In this document: piece after piece, positions 1 through 5,180 of the stretch
Layout: each line of letters opens with the position of its first letter
Numbering within the stretch: position 1 is the stretch's first letter
Assembly: GCA_054661495.1 (NCBI GenBank)
Contig: BAAFSQ010000496.1
Coordinates: 1 to 5,180 of the forward strand
Direction of reading: 5' to 3'
DNA: 5,180 nt
From: Zygophlyctis sp. KS116
Lineage: Eukaryota; Fungi; Chytridiomycota
The notes under the pieces: model-generated
What the model saw: the letters and a program-made list of their open reading frames with translations, nothing else
What the model was told of the DNA's origin: nothing
The model's database searches: none
Made by a program: the position numbers and the translations under genes

Positions 1-617
1 TGTAAAGTGACATTTTTGGGATTTTTTTTGTATTAAGTGCATTCTGACACATATTACAGACTGTATATTCTTCCAAATCTCGATTCAGTAGAACATGATC
101 TATAATGGAGAGTTGGTTTGGCGATAGTTTGCTTTTTGTCGATTTCATTTCATTCGTAAATTTTACCATTCCACAAACGTTACAAGCACCTGCATACATA
201 TTATCTTCTTTATCCAAGTCGTCGTAAAAATTCTTGGCGATTATCCTGTAATTATCTATAGAGTGACATAATGGTGCCGAATCATTTTTCCCTTTGTACT
301 TTCTGTCAAGTAACTCATTATTGATCACGTTTTCTGTTTCAATTGGATCAGGATTAACTACTTAATTATATATTGGTATTCTCACCATCTTGTAAATCTT
401 GGGTGTCCTGATTTATAAGTGACTCAATAAGTTTATCTTCTATGTCTTTTTGTTTAACCTTGAGTTCCAATAGGTGTTCAATTAAGTCGGCTTTAGCCCA
501 CTTGGATTTACCTCTTAACTCTTCTTGATAACATTTCAGTATTTCAGCTTTTCTTTTTTTTTTGAGGAATTCGTTTATAGTCTGACTTCCTAGATAATGT
601 TTTGTTGGATTTTTATT
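1..617 (-). CDS. 5' part of a Helitron/Helentron-like Rep-helicase gene (Zn-finger CxxC...CxxC leading into a DUF6570-type region); continues beyond the left edge; start codon unresolved
   Basis: Manual translation. Exon 617-386 reads NKNPTKHYLGSQTINEFLKKKRKAEILKCYQEELRGKSKWAKADLIEHLLELK...QD. A 25-nt intron follows at 385-361 (GTGAG...AAG; alternative TAG acceptor 3 nt further). Exon 360-1 is open: VVNPDP...AGACNVCGMVKF...YTVCNMCQNALNTKKIPKMSLY. The CxxCxxxLxxxKxPxxSL(xN) pattern is the typical lead-in to DUF6570 in Helitron-like Rep-PIF1 proteins. No in-frame ATG was found in the first exon. Absent from the ORF track. Confidence 0.72.
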
Positions 618-650
618 CTATGTGTTAATAAAGTTTAAGATTCCAGTTAA

Positions 651-850
651 AATCACATGACTTAAATGGCTCCTTTAAGGAGCCGTTTATGATCACATGC
701 TTTTAATGGCTCCGCTAAGGAGCCGATTATGATCACATGCTCTTGTTTATAATCACATGCTTTTAATGGCTCCGCTAAGGAGCCGATTATGATCACATGC
801 TTTTGTTTATAATCACATGACTTTAATGACTCTTTTAGTGAGCCAATTGT
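651..850. repeat. Composite tandem repeat A-A-B-A-B-A (A = 40 nt, B = 20 nt) with a palindrome in each A unit
   Basis: A units at 651, 691, 751, 811; B units at 731, 791. All six carry ATCACATG (652, 692, 732, 752, 792, 812). A units contain GGCTCC-N5-GGAGCC (668-684, 708-724, 768-784; degenerate 828-844). Confidence 0.95.
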
Positions 851-980
851 GATCATCTGATATGAATTCGAATCAAATATCATACAATAATACTTGAGTT
901 TGAATTGTATATTTCGGAATCAATAAACAAATTATTGACAAAATTTACCTCCATTTTCTTGATTAATTTTTTATAGAAAA

Positions 981-1070
981 TTTGACGGCAGGCTAGTTTC
1001 AGACAGATTTGCGGCAGGCTATTTTCAACCATATTTGCGGCAGGCTAGCTTAATACAAATTAGCGGCATC
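981..1070 (+). repeat. Four 26-nt-period direct repeats with core TTTGCGGCAGGCTA
   Basis: CGGCA cores start at 986, 1012, 1038 and 1064 (exact 26-nt spacing). The first three continue GGCTA; spacers are variable. The array ends ~60 nt upstream of ATG 1130. Confidence 0.9.
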
Positions 1071-1129
1071 TCGTTTCACTTGCACAGTCAACTAAAACAC
1101 ATAGCCGCACATTCTTTAAAAAATTCAAT

Positions 1130-1896
1130 ATGAAACTAACAGCTGCTCAAAAAAGAAATGCATCAAACTTCTATAAAACTCAGTTGGACTTTCCTAATAA
1201 TGTTAGTTCTATGAGTTTTTCTTGGATAGGGAGTGGAAACAAACCCATAGAATATTCTCTAGTTTTGGATCAGGACAAAACAAGTGATACTGATTTCTCG
1301 CTATCAACTTTAACTATTGTGGGCACTATATCATTAGTTGAATCTGACAATTACAAATCTTTTGTTCACCTTACTGGATTAGATCCAAATCTCAACGACA
1401 TTACAATTTGGAACTCACAAATCCAAGGAATCTTCAAAATGATAAATTCATTTCCAGAGGTAAATGGCAAAACCTATGAATGCGCTGAAGGAACTTTGTC
1501 CAATCAACATGTTGCATTCAAGTTAAAACATCCACATACTCTGAGTGAGAAGCAGGTATTCTTTTCGTTAATTTATTCTAGGTACCTGTAACTGTGACAG
1601 ATCAAAATGATCTGTTATTAGAGGGCGATTACTCAAACTTATTGAACGCCGGAGACCTAGTTATTATTTCATTTGTTCCTTACGCATATGATACAGTCAA
1701 CAATTACGGGAGTTTTTGTGGAATGTCCTTATCTCCTAAGAATATTAAGGTAGTAAAGAAAAATTACATTCCTTCTACGGTTATGTCTGCCAATCCTGTT
1801 ATGCGTTTGATTAACAGAAGAGCAGAAACACCTAAAAAGGTTTCCAAGGTAATTGTTCCTTGTAAGACTCCCCCAACATTTGATCTAGGTTTTTAA
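1130..1896 (+). CDS. Two-exon gene (1130-1555, 1582-1896; 246 aa), putative OB-fold ssDNA-binding protein of T7 gp2.5/Enc34-like type
   Basis: A 26-nt intron at 1556-1581 (CAG|GTATTC...TTAAT...CTAG|) fuses ORFs 1130-1591 and 1594-1896 in frame (EKQ|VPVTVTDQND). The segment FKLK...PVTVTDQND...LLNAGDLVIISFVPYAY...GMSLSPKNIKVVK matches the gp2.5-like pattern, and the protein ends in Phe. AATAAA at 1900-1905. Confidence 0.75.
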
Positions 1897-2028
1897 TCGA
1901 ATAAAACCTACTACTTCTTTGACAATTCCATTTATTGTGAATGCCATATAGCACTATTCTATTTTTAACTTGATATCTACTATTAATAACTTTAATATAA
2001 CATATTTATAGCTTGTTAAAAATAAAAA

Positions 2029-2756
2029 ATGTCCCAACCTACAGAACCTTTTTTCAGACAAAAGCAGGCTATTCATGGAATAGTTAACCAGCTGACTACC
2101 TGTATTGTTATACTAATATTAAAACTAGTAACAGCTACTGAAAAACAACTAATGTGTTCACAGTTGAAGAATATAAGCTTAAAATTTCTGTTGATGTTAG
2201 AACCAAGAGGTATACCTTTAATATTTAATCGAAGTTTTGCCTGTTAATCCAAAGAGGAATTTGGAAAATTCGAAAACTATTCTTCTTGAAGAACAAATAG
2301 AGACCAACAGGCTATCCAAAAAACCTAAAATATTAACTGATTACTCAGAAGTTCACCAGTTTTTGGATCATGCAGCCTGCAAACTCCAACCATACACGAA
2401 TATAGATGATGTAACTTTGGATGCAACCTATAATGTAAATGAACTTATTCAAGAACTTACATACACTCTAGAAGCAATCCATAAGACAGATTGTGAAAAT
2501 ATAACATTCTATTTCGATTTAGGTAAAATACTCTTTCAATGTTTTCTGCGCAGAAAATTATGACTTGGGTAAAAGTACAATCAACCACTATATTAAGATT
2601 ACTGAATTTCTTACCAATTATCCTAAATTTAAACGTACAGGACTTAATTGGTCTTCTGTAAGAGATAAATCGGCTTTGCTGAAAAAATGGTTTACATCTG
2701 TTCAAGCAACCGAATTGCCAGATGATAGCGTACTTTCACCTCAATTTTGGAAATAG
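2029..2756 (+). CDS. Four-exon gene (2029-2101, 2129-2209, 2235-2522, 2554-2756; ~214 aa), uncharacterised mainly helical protein with possible HTH-like C-terminus
   Basis: AAAAATG start. Introns 2102-2128 (27 nt, TACTAAT branch-like site, frame-preserving), 2210-2234 (25 nt) and 2523-2553 (31 nt); the last two join ORFs 2029, 2237 and 2565 in frame. The third junction could instead be a frameshift or deletion. Confidence 0.72.
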
Positions 2757-2812
2757 AATTTTGTTTTAAAATATTTTATTTCTATGAATTATTATAAAAA
2801 TTTATTACCTTA

Positions 2813-3139
2813 TTAATGAGCCCATTCCAGAATCACATCATTCCCTACTTCCAGTTCAAAGGGACCCAAAACCTTAAATAAGTACTATATAGAATTACCT
2901 GCCTGTAATTTTGAGGTATTAAGAACCTCCTGGCAAGATCAGCTGATTTGAATTTTATCTTTACCCATTTTTGTCCGGACAGAAAAGTATAGCTCCCCAC
3001 CTGATCAGATCTCCGTAGCATATTCACAATTCCTATCATTAATGTATATATTATTACCCATTGCGTGATTTTCTTTTCCATTTTTAAAAGAGATCACAAT
3101 TTCCCTATGCCATTAGAAATTGGTTGAATTTGTAAACAT
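2813..3139 (-). CDS. Multi-exon gene for a small RRM/ferredoxin-fold-like protein (80 aa minimal model; may extend 5' to ATG 3377)
   Basis: Exons 3139-3138, 3104-3058, 3032-2899, 2872-2813 with GT-AG introns of 33, 25 and 26 nt give MEIVISFKNGKENHAMGIVNMLRRSDQVGSYTFLSGQKWVKIKFKSADLARRFLIPQNYRQVLGPFELEVGNDVILEWAH*. This has beta-alpha-beta-beta-alpha-beta periodicity. A further 25-nt intron at 3195-3171 joins it in frame to ORF 3189-3497 (151 aa from ATG 3377). Confidence 0.65.
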
Positions 3140-3377
3140 GATATGTTTAATCCATAGAGAGTTGGATTTACTACGAAGTTATAGGTAACTAGTACCAGTG
3201 CTCGTCACCTAACACTACCGCAATGGGCCATAACTCTCCAACGTCTATGTGGATTAAACACATCATGAAAACAACAACCAGATAAATCAGCGTAAAGCTG
3301 GATAAATGAGCGTATAGCTCGAAAAATGTACGTAAAGTACAATAAATAATATACCTTTTTTCGGTTGTCGTTTTCAT
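3137..3377 (-). ncRNA. Candidate structured RNA or structured 5' leader: two adjacent long stems, one enclosing three repeated hairpins
   Basis: Inverted repeats 3265-3279/3363-3377 (14/15) and 3137-3154/3250-3267 (17/18). Each single mismatch is a G-U pair on the minus strand. Further inner pairing includes GUUGGA/UCCAAC, AGUUAUGG/CUAUAACU and AGUGUU/AGCACU. Confidence 0.55.
3281..3347. repeat. Three 20-nt-period stem-loops with covarying stems
   Basis: GATAAAT-CAGC-GTAAA-GCTG / GATAAAT-GAGC-GTATA-GCTC / GAAAAAT-GTAC-GTAAA-GTAC / AATAAAT. Confidence 0.9.
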
Positions 3378-3674
3378 TTTTTTTTGACCCTTGTAGTATA
3401 AACCCCGCGCTAGCGTGATCAAATTAAAAAGCTTATTTAAATAAACTCCGCCGTGGCTTAATTGATTAACCACAAAACTAACCATGTGTGTGATCAACCT
3501 TGCACCTAGACTCAGCCTGCCATGAGTTAGTAAATGGGCTCATATCTAATTCATTGTATATATGAAACATATAAAATCATGTTGAGGGATCTCTATTTTT
3601 GGGCTGCTGTTATGTTTGCGCGTCGAAAAAAAAATTTAATGTAATGTAATTTATTATTGTTCTTAATAAAACAG

Positions 3675-3976
3675 TTTCACTTAATCAACTTACAAATTGA
3701 TCAAGACATGGAAATAACCCAAAAGCTTCAAAAAGAAAGATCTGAAAAAAACAATCATTCAAATGTTCCTCAAGGAAAAGAAGATGCTCACGAGGTGCTT
3801 ACTGAATCTACGACTATGCTGAAAGGATTTCAATATGTATTTGAATGTTCGGTTGATATGATTTTGAAGAAGGTGATTATGTAAATGGAAATTTCAATCT
3901 GAATTATATTGAATCATCGGATGATGCAAATTTCAAGATGCGAGTGATTCAAATACTATGGATTTCTCAAAAATAA
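3675..3976 (+). pseudogene. Small degraded or mis-assembled gene, possibly beta-rich/OB-like
   Basis: ORF 3657-3884 (ATG 3708) is followed by a protein-like shifted frame YDFEEGDYVNGNFNLNYIESSDDANFKMRVIQILWISQK* ending at 3976, with AATAAA at 3975. An intron-like GTAAT...AACAG lies at 3641/3646-3674. Confidence 0.4.
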
Positions 3977-4048
3977 TAAAGTTTAATAGTTTGCGTTTAC
4001 TTGCGTTGATTAAAATTATTTTTCCTACATATGCTGTTTAAAGTCCAT

Positions 4049-4335
4049 CACCATTATCAGCGTCTTCAGTAGAGTACCTTACACTTACTGATCCCTACAT
4101 AATTTTACAGCCTAATATTATTTGTCTAGATTTCACCTCTTATTGTACAGTTTGATATTCCAGTTACTTGTCACCTTCATGTGCCAAGTCCGCACAAAGG
4201 TTTGAAGATTCAAGTTAAATAGTACATCTGGCTCCTCCATTGAATGCAAAAGAGGTGAAATATGTAGTGGTTGGAGATGTTCCATCACATGTTCCAATAA
4301 TAGATGAATTCTCTGAACAGTTTTGGCATCCCTCT
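4049..4335. repeat. 287-bp direct duplication, copy 1
   Basis: Matches 4756-5042 (offset 707) with 5 substitutions and no indels. Confidence 0.97.
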
Positions 4336-4755
4336 GGGCCAGTAAAAACTTATAGAATTTCTGCTATTGATTCTGCGTAGTTTAAAATCACCGCCCAAAA
4401 TCAGATTGAGATAGCGCTACCATTGAATTCTGAAGTTGTAAAGTATGAAATGGTTCAAAATTCTCCATTGTTAAGGTCGTGCGTCAATCACCTTGCTTAC
4501 TTAAGCATCTATAGTAACATTTGGTGAAACAGACTTTTCCTACATTTACCGCTTCAGAAGTATAATAAGAAGTAGTTCTCTGAGAAACACTACATGCAGA
4601 AAATCCTGTCGTGATCCAATATGATTATCCATTGAAAACAGATTAATAATAAGAAGTGATTCTTGAAGACCCATCACAAGTTCCAATTTCACCTCTTGTA
4701 ATTCCGCAGTAAGCACAAGTATCGGTTATAACCGGTGGATTGTTACATACAGATC

Positions 4756-5042
4756 CACCATTATCAGAGTCTTCAGTAGAGTACCTTACACTTCCTGATC
4801 CCTACATAATTTTACAGCCTAATATTATTTGTCTAGATTTCACCTCTTATTGTACAGTTTGATATTCCAGTTACTTGTCACCTTCATGTGCCAAGTCCGC
4901 ACAAAGGTTTGAAGATTCAAGTTAAATAGTACATCTGGCTCCTCCATTGAATGCAAAAGAGGTGAAATATGTAGTGGTTCGAGATGTTCCATCACATGTT
5001 CCAATACTAGATGAATTCACTGAACAGTTTTGGCATCCCTCT
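4756..5042. repeat. 287-bp direct duplication, copy 2
   Basis: Matches 4049-4335 with 5 substitutions. Confidence 0.97.
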
Positions 5043-5180
5043 ACAACCATTGTGGGCCGAATCAATTTGTCCCATCTAGAGTTATCATAGAGCATCTAAA
5101 CTTTTTAAAGAAATTGAAAAAAACCTTGTAAATTCCAACACTTGTTTCTGGTGTAAATGCTAATAGAGCCATTCCTTGTT
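5043..5180 (-). CDS. Coding fragment entering from the right edge, possibly START/SRPBCC-like, in frame with the Cys-rich repeat
   Basis: QGMALLAFTPETSVGIYK, 29-nt intron 5124-5096 (AAG|GTTTTT...TTTAG), then MLYDNSRWDKLIRPTMVVE. The YxMLxD..RWDK.....VVE pattern recalls START domains. Confidence 0.4.

Larger units (their letters stand above)
1..3976. mobile_element. Putative 5' portion and cargo region of a Helitron-like rolling-circle element (right boundary uncertain)
   Basis: Rep-helicase-like gene start, adjacent internal tandem repeats and compact small accessory genes including an SSB-like gene. No terminus was identified, so the extent is inferred. Confidence 0.4.
4045..5042 (-). pseudogene. 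Decayed Cys-rich repeat protein gene (thrombospondin-1/spondin-like ~45-aa units)
   Basis: Recurrent peptides CQNCSVNSSSIGTCDGTSRTTTYFTSFAFNGGARC, YSTEDSDNGGSVCNNPPVITDTCAYCGITRGEIGTCDGSSRITSYY*SVFNG*, SACSVSQRTTSYYTSEAVNVGKVC and TISYFTTSEFNGS, interrupted by stops and frameshifts. Confidence 0.65.

Noticed and set aside
651-850. CRISPR-like array
   Set aside because: No unique spacers, no cas genes, and the context is eukaryotic.
662-883. 73-aa minus-strand ORF with repeated peptide
   Set aside because: A by-product of the 60-nt DNA repeat. The conservation pattern follows DNA palindromes and boxes, not codons.
2457-2705. 82-aa minus-strand ORF
   Set aside because: Antisense shadow of the spliced plus-strand gene.
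2845-3081. Tyrosine-recombinase-like 'MLRRSD' motif in the 78-aa ORF
   Set aside because: No other catalytic motifs. The ORF reads through two introns and is better explained by the spliced RRM-like model.
3186-3196. CTAG-T as a Helitron 3' terminus
   Set aside because: No convincing GC-rich hairpin ~11 nt upstream on either strand, and the position is inconsistent with the Rep-helicase orientation.
3189-3497. Stand-alone 102-aa membrane protein ORF
   Set aside because: Hydrophobicity derives from T-rich structured sequence. At most it is a 5' exon of the RRM-like gene.
2816-3543. 11-bp inverted repeat ATGAGCCCATT (2816-2826 / 3533-3543) as MITE or Helentron subterminal repeats
   Set aside because: Short enough to arise by chance, no clear target-site duplication, and the left arm lies in the last codons of the RRM-like gene.

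Overview
AT-rich eukaryotic DNA with very short GT-AG introns (25-33 nt). The supplied ORF track is therefore fragmented, and several neighbouring ORFs join in frame once these introns are removed. Left edge (minus strand, running out of the window): the N-terminal part of a probable Helitron/Helentron-type Rep-helicase gene, with paired CxxC motifs and CxxCxxxLxxKKIPKMSLY, the lead-in to DUF6570. Upstream lies a divergent control region with two different phased repeat arrays. It is followed by a spliced 246-aa gene resembling T7 gp2.5/Enc34-type OB-fold ssDNA-binding proteins, a spliced ~214-aa helical protein gene, and a convergent, unannotated multi-exon gene for a small RRM-like protein. 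That last gene is preceded by a strongly structured RNA-like region: two long G-U-tolerant stems and three 20-nt-periodic hairpins with covarying stems and a conserved loop. A degraded small gene follows. The right ~1.1 kb is a decayed Cys-rich (TSP1-like) repeat pseudogene with a 287-bp, ~98% identical duplication, abutting a possible START-like exon. All family calls are by-eye motif recognition, not database results, and the element boundaries are not visible.
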